Below, piece by piece: positions 30,675 through 39,650 of a DNA stretch of 64,000 nt. The notes beneath the pieces are model-generated. The model was not told the origin of the DNA. It saw only the letters and a list, made by a program, of their open reading frames with translations, and did not search any database. Within the stretch, counting starts at the first letter, position 1; each line of letters begins with the position of its first letter. The DNA lies in the IMG/VR virus record IMGVR_UViG_3300042289_000986, positions 124,001 to 188,000 of that record; one strand, 5' to 3'. A program made the translations under genes and the position numbers.

Positions 30675-30932
30675 ATGTTTAACAAATTTCAACAATTAGT
30701 TAGTGGATTATTAAAAGAAATGAATGTTTCTGGTGCTGGTGGATCTTTTGGAGCACCTGAAGCTGGATTTGAAATTAGTAATCCAACGTCTTTAAATCCA
30801 GACAAAGGTTATACCGATAATATCAAAGCAGCCATGTCTACTGCTCAACCAAATAAAAAATCAAAAAAGAAAAAACAACCTAAAGGTGTTTTATATACAA
30901 CAAGAAGAACTCTTAATAAAAAAGATTTATAA
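30675..30932 (+). CDS. Small late protein, possible internal head protein
   Basis: TAAATA at 30648-53; N-terminal KFQQLVSGLLKE; basic C-terminus. Confidence 0.6.
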   Translation: MFNKFQQLVSGLLKEMNVSGAGGSFGAPEAGFEISNPTSLNPDKGYTDNIKAAMSTAQPNKKSKKKKQPKGVLYTTRRTLNKKDL

Positions 30933-31372
30933 TGAATTTAGGTCATTGGGTTTTAAATGAAAACGTGGTCGTAGATGAAGAAACTTTTGGTTTTATATAC
31001 GAAATAACAAACTTGATTACCAATAAAAAATATATTGGTAAAAAACAATGTTTTTCTAGAATTAAAAGAAAACCCTTAAAAGGTAAAAAAAGAAACAGAA
31101 TATCTCAAACCGAGTCTGATTGGAAAAATTATACAAGTTCATCCAAAGATTTGAATGAAGACATTCAAAAATACGGAAAAGAAAACTTTGAATTTAAAAT
31201 TTTAAAAACTTGCAACTCAAAGTGGGCTTTAGCGTATTTTGAAATTAAAGAACAAATTGAAAAAAATGTTCTTTTGCGTGACGATTATTATAATGGAATT
31301 ATAAATGTAAGAATTGGAACACCACCAAAAGAAGAATTGAATAAAAACAATCAAAATGGGGTAATTATTTAA
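30932..31372 (+). CDS. GIY-YIG endonuclease
   Basis: GFIYEITN...KYIGKK, DWKNYTSSS, FEFKIL, YYNGII. Confidence 0.88.
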   Translation: MNLGHWVLNENVVVDEETFGFIYEITNLITNKKYIGKKQCFSRIKRKPLKGKKRNRISQTESDWKNYTSSSKDLNEDIQKYGKENFEFKILKTCNSKWALAYFEIKEQIEKNVLLRDDYYNGIINVRIGTPPKEELNKNNQNGVII

Positions 31373-31375
31373 GTT

Positions 31376-31915
31376 ATGGGCCACTGTATTTATTGTAATT
31401 CGACTACGTATGGACGCCCATGTCTTTTTTCACCATCTAATACCCATGTTCATTTCGATGATCCTAACAAATGCATCTATTGTGGATCAAAAAGTATAGG
31501 GAGCGGTTGTATCTATAATCCTCATGGCAAAATACATGTTAGAGGTCCTGAATTTTTAACTAACTCAAAAGATTATAGTAAAAAATCAGTAATTTTAAAA
31601 TATCTTTTTGAAAACGTTAATGATTTTGGTAATCAACATTATACATCACCGTTAAACAGGTTTTATAAAAGACTTTGCCATATTATTGCAACAGCAAGTC
31701 AACCATTGTTAGAGGCTTTAAGTATTCAAATACGTCCTTCCTATACAGCATTAGACAAACAACAAACATTAAGAGTAAATGAAATTAAAAATAGGTTAAA
31801 GGAACAGTATGGTGAAATTTACGAAACGATTAAATATGCAAACTTGTCACTTCCACAGGAAATAGTGGAAGAAATCATTATAGATGTTATAATGGCCGAC
31901 AGTGAAAAGAAATAA
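31376..31915 (+). CDS. Tandem Cys3His zinc-finger protein
   Basis: CIYCNSTTYGRPCLFSPSNTHVH and CIYCGSKSIGSGCIYNPHGKIHV. Confidence 0.7.
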   Translation: MGHCIYCNSTTYGRPCLFSPSNTHVHFDDPNKCIYCGSKSIGSGCIYNPHGKIHVRGPEFLTNSKDYSKKSVILKYLFENVNDFGNQHYTSPLNRFYKRLCHIIATASQPLLEALSIQIRPSYTALDKQQTLRVNEIKNRLKEQYGEIYETIKYANLSLPQEIVEEIIIDVIMADSEKK

Positions 31916-32396
31916 AAAACAATATTTGGTATATTATCTTAAAGATAATATTTTAATATTGGATGTTTTTGAATATTTGGAAAGTCTAGCTTCAGATATT
32001 GTTGATTATTTGTTTGAGTGGCATTTAGTAAAAGAAAATAAAGTAAAATTTCAAAAAAAGTTAGTCTTTTCTTTTTTAAATCAGAAAATAGAAGATGATA
32101 TTTTGGTTTTTCAAAAAATAGCCAAAGATATTGATTGTTCTCTCTTATGTTTTTATAAACTTAATAACACATGTAAACAGTGGGAACTTTTTTATGAAAA
32201 TCCAAATAAAGTTATAAGTGTTTGTAAATCAATGCTTAAAAATAAACTTCCTAATTTTTTTGAAAATAAAAATGAAGATGTTCGTTTATTTGAAAACATA
32301 AAAGGAACATTTAAAACTGTTCCGTGTTTAATTCCAACAGGAGAAGATGAATATTTTTTACAAAATTTTTTAAAAAAATTAAAAAGAGTATCTTGA
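31902..32396 (+). CDS. Hypothetical protein
   Basis: 164-aa ORF overlapping the upstream gene. Confidence 0.7.
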   Translation: MKRNKKQYLVYYLKDNILILDVFEYLESLASDIVDYLFEWHLVKENKVKFQKKLVFSFLNQKIEDDILVFQKIAKDIDCSLLCFYKLNNTCKQWELFYENPNKVISVCKSMLKNKLPNFFENKNEDVRLFENIKGTFKTVPCLIPTGEDEYFLQNFLKKLKRVS

Positions 32397-32421
32397 CAAA
32401 AGATATCCAAGTGGATAAAAT
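32393..32421 (+). promoter_or_regulatory. Near-consensus sigma70 promoter
   Basis: TTGACA-17-TAAAAT. Confidence 0.6.
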
Positions 32422-32535
32422 AGAATGTCGTCTTTAAGTTTTCTTCTTTATTTAAAATATAATAAAGTAAAAGGTATTTAATTTATATTTAAAATTATTC
32501 ATAGGTTTTTTAAAAACATGTGTAAATATTAATAT

Positions 32536-32820
32536 ATGAATTATTTTTTAGCATTGGTTTGTGTGGCTTTTTTGTCTGGATGTGTGTGTTTAAACCCTGA
32601 ACACAAGAAATTAGCACCACCTATAGCAAACACAAACAGAGTAATTGACTCGTTAGAACAAACAAAAGATGAGTTAACTAAAGCTGGTGATGCTAATACT
32701 ATAGTTGGAACAAAGGTAGAAAGAGCTTTAACGTTAGCAGAACGCTTAGAGGTTATTCTTAAACAGATTGAAGAAGAAAAACAAACATCAGAATCAAAAG
32801 AAGTTAAAAAACCTAATTAA
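32536..32820 (+). CDS. Lipoprotein, possible outer-membrane spanin
   Basis: Signal peptide with lipobox FLSG-C; coiled coil; first gene of the lysis cluster; TAAATA at 32523-28. Confidence 0.6.
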   Translation: MNYFLALVCVAFLSGCVCLNPEHKKLAPPIANTNRVIDSLEQTKDELTKAGDANTIVGTKVERALTLAERLEVILKQIEEEKQTSESKEVKKPN

Positions 32821-32822
32821 TT

Positions 32823-33347
32823 ATGAAAAAAATATTACCCCTATTAATCTTAATAGTTTTATCTAGTTCTAGCTTTGGACAGTTTTGGAAACCAAAAGCT
32901 AAAGCCACTCCAACACCTGCAAAACCACCTGTTACTGTTGTAGAAAAATCAAAAAATCCAATACAAGAAGCAAAAGCACTTGTTAAAGAATTGCAAAACG
33001 AGTTAACTGTAGCAAAAACAGAAAATACAAAGTTAAAAAATAACCTCAACCAAGCGAATGAAAACGTTAAAAAAGGTTTTTTAGAAATTACAAAATTAAA
33101 TGAAGAAATTAATGCATTAAAAGAATGGGGAGTTATTCAACAAGCAGAGGCTCAAAAATTTATGGAGAAATATAATAGTGCTGTTAAGCGTTATCATAGA
33201 TTAAAGATCATTGCAGCAATTATTGCCGCTGCTGGTGGGGTTTTGCTTGGACTACAGTTTATGAATCTTGCACCACCTCCTTATAATTTAGGAATTCCTG
33301 TTGGTGGTGCAGCTTTATTTGCATTTTTAGTTTGGATATTTTTATAA
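32823..33347 (+). CDS. Membrane-anchored coiled-coil protein, possible spanin partner
   Basis: N-terminal signal, long coiled coil, two C-terminal hydrophobic helices. Confidence 0.55.
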   Translation: MKKILPLLILIVLSSSSFGQFWKPKAKATPTPAKPPVTVVEKSKNPIQEAKALVKELQNELTVAKTENTKLKNNLNQANENVKKGFLEITKLNEEINALKEWGVIQQAEAQKFMEKYNSAVKRYHRLKIIAAIIAAAGGVLLGLQFMNLAPPPYNLGIPVGGAALFAFLVWIFL

Positions 33348-33350
33348 ACT

Positions 33351-33827
33351 ATGTGGAACGCAGTCACCAATACCTTTAAAAATATATATGCTTTTTTAAA
33401 TACTGGTGTTGTGCCGCCAAATACTCCACTACCAGTTAGAGAAGAAATGAAGCGAATTAATCACTTTGCTTCTAGAAAGTTTTTTATTGTTTTTACTTCC
33501 TTTTTAGGTCTTTGTTTTTTTTATTTTGCAAGTGTTGGAATATTGTTTTTACTTCCACAAAATGGAACAGAATTGATAAGTGGTTATGTGACTATTTTTA
33601 CTAAAACAATCGAAGTTTTGGCCGTTATTATTGCAGCATATTTAGGTGTTCAAGCTGTTGTCGATTTAAAGTACAGTAGTTCTTCTAATGTTTCATCTGA
33701 AACAGTTAAAAGTATTGAAAAAATAGACGAAAAGGTTATCACAGAACAAACTATGAAATATGCCGAAATTTATAAAGATGATCCGTCATATGCTCCTATA
33801 GAATGGGCTTTAAGTTATGACAAATAA
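33351..33827 (+). CDS. Holin-like membrane protein
   Basis: SRKFF followed by two TM helices (...IIAAYLGVQAVVD); directly upstream of the endolysin. Confidence 0.6.
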   Translation: MWNAVTNTFKNIYAFLNTGVVPPNTPLPVREEMKRINHFASRKFFIVFTSFLGLCFFYFASVGILFLLPQNGTELISGYVTIFTKTIEVLAVIIAAYLGVQAVVDLKYSSSSNVSSETVKSIEKIDEKVITEQTMKYAEIYKDDPSYAPIEWALSYDK

Positions 33828-34524
33828 CATGAAAGTATTAGAAAGAGGGGATTTTGGCGAAGAAGTAAAACAATGGCAATTGTTTTTACAATCTGCTGGT
33901 TATAAGATCCCATACGTTGATGGTGCGTTTGGTCCTGAAACTGAAAGAGAAACATTAAAATTTCAAACCAAAAACGGTTTAAAGCCCGATGGTGTCGTTG
34001 GTCCTAAAACTTGGAAGTTCGTAACTACTGTCAGTAGTAATACACCACTTTCACAAAAATGGCCTAAACAAAACTATAATTCTATGGTAAATTTTTATGG
34101 ACCAGTTGGCGAAAACCAAACAAAATTGGATGTTCCATATAAATTAAAAATTGCTTGGGATAAAAACGTATCTTTGAGCAAGATTACATGTCATCAAAAG
34201 TGTGCTAAATCTTTATATACAATATTTGAAAAAACTTTGAGCACATATGGGCAAAAAGAAATTACTCGATTAAGATTAGACATCTTTGGTGGCTGTTTAA
34301 ATGTCAGAAAGATGCGTGGTGGTTCTGCATGGTCTATTCATTCTTGGGGTGCTGCTGTTGATTTAGATCCAGACAACAATCAGCTAAGATGGGGTAAAGA
34401 TAAAGCATCTTTTGGTAAAAAAGAATATGAAGATTTTTGGAAAATAGTTGAATCTGAAGGCTGGATCAGTTTGGGAAGAGCCAGAAACTACGATTGGATG
34501 CATTTTCAAGCAGCAACTCTATAA
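33817..34524 (+). CDS. Endolysin: peptidoglycan-binding domain + M15 peptidase
   Basis: LERGDFGEEVKQWQ, DGAFGPET, DGVVGPKTW; R..RGG..WSIHSWGAAVD, DWMHFQ. Confidence 0.92.
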   Translation: MTNNMKVLERGDFGEEVKQWQLFLQSAGYKIPYVDGAFGPETERETLKFQTKNGLKPDGVVGPKTWKFVTTVSSNTPLSQKWPKQNYNSMVNFYGPVGENQTKLDVPYKLKIAWDKNVSLSKITCHQKCAKSLYTIFEKTLSTYGQKEITRLRLDIFGGCLNVRKMRGGSAWSIHSWGAAVDLDPDNNQLRWGKDKASFGKKEYEDFWKIVESEGWISLGRARNYDWMHFQAATL

Positions 34525-34541
34525 TATTTTGATTATCAACA

Positions 34542-34584
34542 ACTTACAAAATTAACATTTATGTTTTTGTAAGTCTTTAATTTT
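34542..34584 (+). terminator. Possible intrinsic terminator after the endolysin
   Basis: ACTTACAAA...AACA-ttta-TGTT-TTTGTAAGT hairpin followed by ctttaatttt. Confidence 0.4.
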
Positions 34585-34601
34585 GAACAATTTATAAAAA
34601 A

Positions 34602-34844
34602 ATGGATTTATCAGACATATATTCTAAACAAGTTAAAAAAACATCTGTATCCATGTTACAAGTTGGTGGAAATTTTCCACAAATTGAAAAAGATCCAAAC
34701 ATCAGAAGATTAGAACAAGAAGTATATGCTAAAATGCGTAGCATAATGCCAAAAGAAGAACCACAACAAGCACCTAAAGACGAAGTTGTTGCACTATCAT
34801 TTCAAGACGCATTAAAAGAACTTGCTGAATTTCAAAAAAAATAG
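34602..34844 (+). CDS. Hypothetical protein
   Basis: 80-aa ORF. Confidence 0.65.
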   Translation: MDLSDIYSKQVKKTSVSMLQVGGNFPQIEKDPNIRRLEQEVYAKMRSIMPKEEPQQAPKDEVVALSFQDALKELAEFQKK

Positions 34845-34852
34845 TATAAATA
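34845..34852 (+). promoter_or_regulatory. T4-consensus late promoter TATAAATA
   Basis: Exact T4 late consensus, 5 nt before the ATG at 34858. Confidence 0.7.
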
Positions 34853-34857
34853 AACAT

Positions 34858-35229
34858 ATGAGTAAATTTTCCGAACTTTTTGAACAAATGTATCTTCCAT
34901 TACAAGGCTTAGTAAATGAACAAGAAGATATGGCAAACGAAATACCTGAAGCCCAACCAGAAGTCGGTGTAGATGCCGAAACAATGAGTGAACTTCCAAT
35001 TTTATCAAATGATGAAATAGCACAATTTATTGCAGGATTAAAACAATTTTATTCTCAAGAAAATCCAGCATTAACACAAGACCAAATTGATCAAATTAAA
35101 AATGTAAACCCAAGAGACTCTAGAGAAGATTCTGCTATCAAAGCATCGATTGATGTTTTAATGAAAATTTTTAATGTTGGTGGAGTACAAACATCTCCAT
35201 CAACTATTCCTGATTCAACGTTTGAATAA
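34858..35229 (+). CDS. Acidic late protein, possible internal head protein
   Basis: MSKFSELFEQMYLPLQGLVNE; late promoter. Confidence 0.65.
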   Translation: MSKFSELFEQMYLPLQGLVNEQEDMANEIPEAQPEVGVDAETMSELPILSNDEIAQFIAGLKQFYSQENPALTQDQIDQIKNVNPRDSREDSAIKASIDVLMKIFNVGGVQTSPSTIPDSTFE

Positions 35230-35233
35230 AAAT

Positions 35234-35261
35234 TTGATTTATTCTAATATACTAGTAATAT
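35234..35261 (+). promoter_or_regulatory. Sigma70-type promoter
   Basis: TTGATT-16-TAATAT, 7 nt before the ATG at 35269. Confidence 0.5.
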
Positions 35262-35268
35262 AGTATAC

Positions 35269-35562
35269 ATGAATAACGTAAGTTTTAATTTAAAGTCTTT
35301 AACCAAAGAAGAAGTATCAACAATTTTAGAATCTTTATTGTTCAGTTCTTCTGTTGATGTTTGTGCTAGTTGGTATAAAGAAGATTCTTTAAACATGTTT
35401 AATTTAGCAAAAAAAATTCGAAATATTTTTCCAGAAATTTTAATTGATAATGTTTATATTATCGAAGATAAACAAAACAATTTTGAACTTAATGATAAAC
35501 ATACGAAAAAAATTGTAGAATTTTTTCCTGAAATCAAAAAAGAAAAAATAGAAAATTTATGA
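35269..35562 (+). CDS. Hypothetical protein
   Basis: 97-aa ORF. Confidence 0.7.
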   Translation: MNNVSFNLKSLTKEEVSTILESLLFSSSVDVCASWYKEDSLNMFNLAKKIRNIFPEILIDNVYIIEDKQNNFELNDKHTKKIVEFFPEIKKEKIENL

Positions 35563-36203
35563 AAATTGCAGTAATTGGAACAGCTAACATAGGAAAGTCA
35601 ACTTATATAAAAGACTTTTTAAAAAAATGGCCAATGTATAAATTGGTCGATAGCGAATATCGAAAACTTTTAAAAGAAAAAAATCTTTCTCATAGCAAAG
35701 ATGGAAATGAAGAAAGTCAAAGAATCATTCTAAATTGTTTAGTTGATGAAGTAGTCAAGTATTCAAAAGATGAATTTGCTATTTTCGATAGATGTGTTGT
35801 TGATGTATTGGCATATTCAACTTGGTTGCATTTAAATGGGAAAATTTCTGAAAAGTTTTTAGATGAACAAAGAATTTTAATTCGAGAGACTTTAAAATTA
35901 TATGATGTTTTATTTTTTATACCTTTAACTAAAGTTGCTCCAGTAGAAATAGAAGATAATGGAATTAGAGAAACCGATCCAGTTTATCGTGAAGAAATAG
36001 ATACAATATTCAAAGCATTTCAAGAATCTTATCATCGTGGTGATGGTAGAGTTTTTCCAAAAGATGATTGTCCAGCAATCATTGAAATATTCGGAAATCC
36101 AGAACAAAGATTGAAAATGACAGAGCTTTATCTGACACAAGAAGGTAAATGCTATGGAGAAGAAGAAAGTTTAATCTCTGATATTATCCCTGCTAAATTT
36201 TAA
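35559..36203 (+). CDS. P-loop nucleotide kinase-like protein (AAA_28/dNMP kinase type)
   Basis: IAVIGTANIGKST, IFDRCVVDVLAYS, EDNGIRETD. Confidence 0.75.
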   Translation: MKIAVIGTANIGKSTYIKDFLKKWPMYKLVDSEYRKLLKEKNLSHSKDGNEESQRIILNCLVDEVVKYSKDEFAIFDRCVVDVLAYSTWLHLNGKISEKFLDEQRILIRETLKLYDVLFFIPLTKVAPVEIEDNGIRETDPVYREEIDTIFKAFQESYHRGDGRVFPKDDCPAIIEIFGNPEQRLKMTELYLTQEGKCYGEEESLISDIIPAKF

Positions 36204-36205
36204 TC

Positions 36206-36234
36206 TTGATATTTTTAAATTTATGGGTTAAGAT
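36206..36234 (+). promoter_or_regulatory. Sigma70-type promoter for the primase
   Basis: TTGATA-17-TAAGAT, 8 nt before the ATG at 36243. Confidence 0.55.
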
Positions 36235-36242
36235 TGGGAATA

Positions 36243-37205
36243 ATGACCATACCCCAAACTTACATTCTTAATAAACTTTATTCATATGCAATGGATCCAG
36301 TTTTTAGAAAACATGATGGAACTTACAATGCGGGTTGTCCTATTTGTCGAGAGGGTAAAAGTCTAGGAAAAAAGAAAAGACTTTTTTATTATCCAACATC
36401 AAACACATTTCATTGTTTTAATTGCTCAAAAACTTGGTCTGCTTATTCTTGGATTTTGAAAGTATCTGGTCTTTCAAAAGAAGAGATGCAGTATGAAATA
36501 AATAACAATACTTTTTCAACAGATGTTGGATCAAAGCCACTTTTTAATCCACAAAAAAGAAAAAAAGTTACAGATCTTCCATATGATTCAATAAACCTTT
36601 TTGATGAAACACAACAAAAGTATTATTTGGATAATCCGTATTTTAAAAAAGCTTTGACTTATATCAAAGAAAGAAAATTAGATCAAGCTATTAACAAATC
36701 TCCGAATCTTTTTATAAGTTTAACAGATTTTACACACAAAAATAGAATTTGTATACCTTTTTACGATAGAAATAAAAAAATTTGTTTTTATCAAACAAGG
36801 GCTATTGATAATACAGAACCTAGATATTTGGGCAAAGAGAATTCCGATAAAACAATATTTGGGATTGATAGAATTGATACATCTTTAAATTATATTTTTA
36901 TTTTCGAAGGACCGATTGATGCAATGTTTGTAAAAAATGCTATTAGTGCAGCAGGTTTAAGTTTGACACAAACACAAAAATCACAATTAAGTGAATTTCC
37001 ATTTTATGAAAAAATTTGGGTTTTAGATAATCCTAAATTTGATGAAACAGCTAAAGAAAAAACAAAAGAGCTTTTATTAAAGGGAGAAAAAGTTTTTAAA
37101 TGGCCATCTGGCATGTCCTATAAGGATTTCAATGCAATGGCTATGTTTGAAGATCTTAACGAAATTCCTTATCAAAGGATTATCGATAATGTTTTAAAGC
37201 TTTAG
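36243..37205 (+). CDS. 61: DNA primase, gp61-like
   Basis: CPIC...HCFNC zinc finger, RICIPF, YQTR, IFEGPIDAMF, LDN, KDFN (TOPRIM). Confidence 0.92.
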   Translation: MTIPQTYILNKLYSYAMDPVFRKHDGTYNAGCPICREGKSLGKKKRLFYYPTSNTFHCFNCSKTWSAYSWILKVSGLSKEEMQYEINNNTFSTDVGSKPLFNPQKRKKVTDLPYDSINLFDETQQKYYLDNPYFKKALTYIKERKLDQAINKSPNLFISLTDFTHKNRICIPFYDRNKKICFYQTRAIDNTEPRYLGKENSDKTIFGIDRIDTSLNYIFIFEGPIDAMFVKNAISAAGLSLTQTQKSQLSEFPFYEKIWVLDNPKFDETAKEKTKELLLKGEKVFKWPSGMSYKDFNAMAMFEDLNEIPYQRIIDNVLKL

Positions 37206-37801
37206 CTACCTGCTTTTAATTGTTCCGTATCACGAAGTTTTTTAGGAGCCGTAATGATATAGGTGTTAAGAATTTCTTTTAATTTTTCAACTTCACCAGC
37301 AATACGAGTAATACTATCCGAAGCTTTTCTTGTTACACCACGTAACAAACTACCTGCACGATCACCGTCTGCCAAAATTTTATGCAAAGATTCAGAAGAA
37401 GGATCATTTAAAAAACTTGCAAATTCATCTAATTTTGAAGACCAGCTTCTAATAGAATTAATAGTTTCTGATGTCATTTCTGCTGGATTACCCTCCACAT
37501 CAAATTGATCAGGAGCAGTTTCTGCTTCTAAAGAATTTTCAAAATCTTTTTTATTTGTTTCTGGTGTAAATTCTTCTGGTGACTTCATATCACCACTTGC
37601 TGGTTCTTCTGATGGTGTTATAGTGACTTCTTCTTGTTCTTTTAACAAAGCAGCCATGAATCTAGCTGAAAAAGCATCATACGAGGAAAGATCCAAAGAA
37701 ATTCTTTTAGTATTATCTTTTAAAATTCGATTTCTTTCTTTCTTTTGGCAGCAACAGTCTTTTTTCATAGTTGTTTTTGGGCTTTTTTTCTTGGATTTCA
37801 T
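37202..37801 (-). CDS. Hypothetical late protein (acidic, helical)
   Basis: 199 aa; TAAATA at 37821-16; FMAALLKE motif. Confidence 0.7.
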   Translation of the reverse strand: MKSKKKSPKTTMKKDCCCQKKERNRILKDNTKRISLDLSSYDAFSARFMAALLKEQEEVTITPSEEPASGDMKSPEEFTPETNKKDFENSLEAETAPDQFDVEGNPAEMTSETINSIRSWSSKLDEFASFLNDPSSESLHKILADGDRAGSLLRGVTRKASDSITRIAGEVEKLKEILNTYIITAPKKLRDTEQLKAGS

Positions 37802-37830
37802 GTGTATGTATGATATATTTACTCTTATCT

Positions 37831-38505
37831 ATGTCTGAAATTTTAAATAATTATCATTTTGTTGTTGCAACTCCACAAACTAAAAAAGATTTTCACAGTA
37901 AAAGTCAAATTGGTTTGTTTTTTGATAAAGCAAATATTGAAAATTACACTGTAGTTTATGAAAATAAAGAAGGTTTAGCTAAAATATATAATAAGTTTCT
38001 TACAGAAGATAATAGAAACAAAAAGATTGTTTTTGTGCATGATGACGTTCTTATTGAAGATTTGTTTTGGAAAGAAAAGTTGGATATTGCTTTTGAAAAA
38101 TATGATATTATCGGTTTAGCTGGTTCTAAAAAATGTAATTTGTCATCTGAGATTCCTGCATGGCATTTGATGTGCGAAAGAAATGATTTAGTTGGCGAAG
38201 TTTCGCACTCAAAAGACAAACAAAATTGGACTACCGTTTTTGGTCCATCAGATTCCAGAGCATTAATATTGGACGGTCTTTTTATTGCTGTTAAAGTTTC
38301 AAAACTTTTAGATACAAATACTAAATTTGATGAAGATTTTACTTTTCATCATTATGATATAACATTTTGTTTAAATGCAAATAAAAATAAATTGAAAATG
38401 GGTGTTTATCCAGTTAAAGTTACCCACTTTGGATTAGGAGATAGTATGAATTCCGATCAATGGCGTCAAAGCGCAATACATTTTAAACAAAAATATAAAA
38501 TATGA
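37831..38505 (+). CDS. GT2-like glycosyltransferase (Glyco_tranf_2_5 type)
   Basis: LAKIYN, FVHDDV, IIGLAG, LDGLFIAV, FDE.F.FHHYD. Confidence 0.85.
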   Translation: MSEILNNYHFVVATPQTKKDFHSKSQIGLFFDKANIENYTVVYENKEGLAKIYNKFLTEDNRNKKIVFVHDDVLIEDLFWKEKLDIAFEKYDIIGLAGSKKCNLSSEIPAWHLMCERNDLVGEVSHSKDKQNWTTVFGPSDSRALILDGLFIAVKVSKLLDTNTKFDEDFTFHHYDITFCLNANKNKLKMGVYPVKVTHFGLGDSMNSDQWRQSAIHFKQKYKI

Positions 38506-38879
38506 AAAATAGAGATACGAGATTTTTTGATTTTTTAAATTGGGTTTTTAAGAAAAGTAAAAATAAACCCGAAAACTATCAACCATCAATATTTTTATTG
38601 AATCGTTGGTTGTCTATGGCTGAATTTCACTTTGCTAAAATTGTAAATTTGACTACAAACAAATGGGCCAAGAATTTTTCTGAAATTAATTATGGAGATT
38701 TTTATTATACAATGTTTCCCAAATACGGAAAAAATATAAATTATATTAAAAAAACAAAAAACGAAAGAAGTAAGGATAACGAAGATTATAAAAACATAGC
38801 TAATTTACTGGAATGTTCTGTTAGAGAAGTGGAAATGTATAAAAATACACTTGAAGAACTGAGGATACAGTCTAATTAA
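38502..38879 (+). CDS. 62: Clamp-loader small subunit, gp62-like
   Basis: FFDFLN, FLLNRWLSM, YIKK, IANLLECSVREVEMY. Confidence 0.65.
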   Translation: MKNRDTRFFDFLNWVFKKSKNKPENYQPSIFLLNRWLSMAEFHFAKIVNLTTNKWAKNFSEINYGDFYYTMFPKYGKNINYIKKTKNERSKDNEDYKNIANLLECSVREVEMYKNTLEELRIQSN

Positions 38880-38885
38880 ACTTAT

Positions 38886-39266
38886 ATGATAGCAAGACCC
38901 AAGCAAGAAGACCGCATTGGCGGAAAAGTACAATTAGACAACTACATAGGACATGAAATGAACCTAGAAGGTTGGTCTTTAACAAAAGTTTTAGATGACA
39001 TTTTAATGTGTCAATATATCGATGTGAACGAAGATGGAACTGAAATAAAAAGAGGTTCTATTTGGGTTCCAATTAATACAGTTAATTTTACATGGCGTTT
39101 AGCAAAAGTATTGATCGCAGGACCTGATTGTAAAACTGTTAAAAAAGATGATGTTGTTATGTTTCCTAATGACAAAGGAATACAAGTAGCAAACATGAAT
39201 GGTTTAAAAAATGTAGTATTTTTAAACGAAAGTCGTATTTTTGGTGTTTGTGAACCAAAAGATTAA
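38886..39266 (+). CDS. groES: GroES-like co-chaperonin (gp31 analogue)
   Basis: LDDIL, GSIWVP, AKVLIAGPDCKTVKKDDVVMF, FLNESRIFGV. Confidence 0.82.
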   Translation: MIARPKQEDRIGGKVQLDNYIGHEMNLEGWSLTKVLDDILMCQYIDVNEDGTEIKRGSIWVPINTVNFTWRLAKVLIAGPDCKTVKKDDVVMFPNDKGIQVANMNGLKNVVFLNESRIFGVCEPKD

Positions 39267-39268
39267 TA

Positions 39269-39649
39269 ATGAAAGTTAGTTGGGGCGATTTAAGAAAACT
39301 TTGTTTAAAAAATGTTGTTGAATTAAAGTTTGTTCGTCGCAACAAATTAAGATATCCAGCAACTAGAAGAATGCTTTGCACTTTAGATACGGTTCTTTTA
39401 AATTCTGATTTTGGAAAAGAAACATTAAATTTTAAACCTCCTAGATATGCTCCACCATATGATGCAAAGTCAAAAAGTTTATTAACAGTTTGGGATATCA
39501 TCATGCAAGATTGGAGAAATGTTCCAGTTGATGCTTGTGAAATGGTAGTAGCAGTCCCTACATCACCACAAAATAAATTTTTAGAATTTTTCGATAAAAA
39601 AATAGGAAAAATGTCTGCCTTACAAAAGAAATCCTTTATGGACAAATAA
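39269..39649 (+). CDS. WYL_2/DUF2693-like SH3-barrel protein
   Basis: VVELKFVRR, RRMLCTL, VWDIIMQDWRNV. Confidence 0.7.
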   Translation: MKVSWGDLRKLCLKNVVELKFVRRNKLRYPATRRMLCTLDTVLLNSDFGKETLNFKPPRYAPPYDAKSKSLLTVWDIIMQDWRNVPVDACEMVVAVPTSPQNKFLEFFDKKIGKMSALQKKSFMDK

Positions 39650-39650
39650 T

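Noticed and set aside
30932-31372. GIY-YIG gene as a mobile homing element
   Set aside because: It is free-standing, short, lacks an evident C-terminal DNA-binding domain and interrupts no gene; mobility is not supported.
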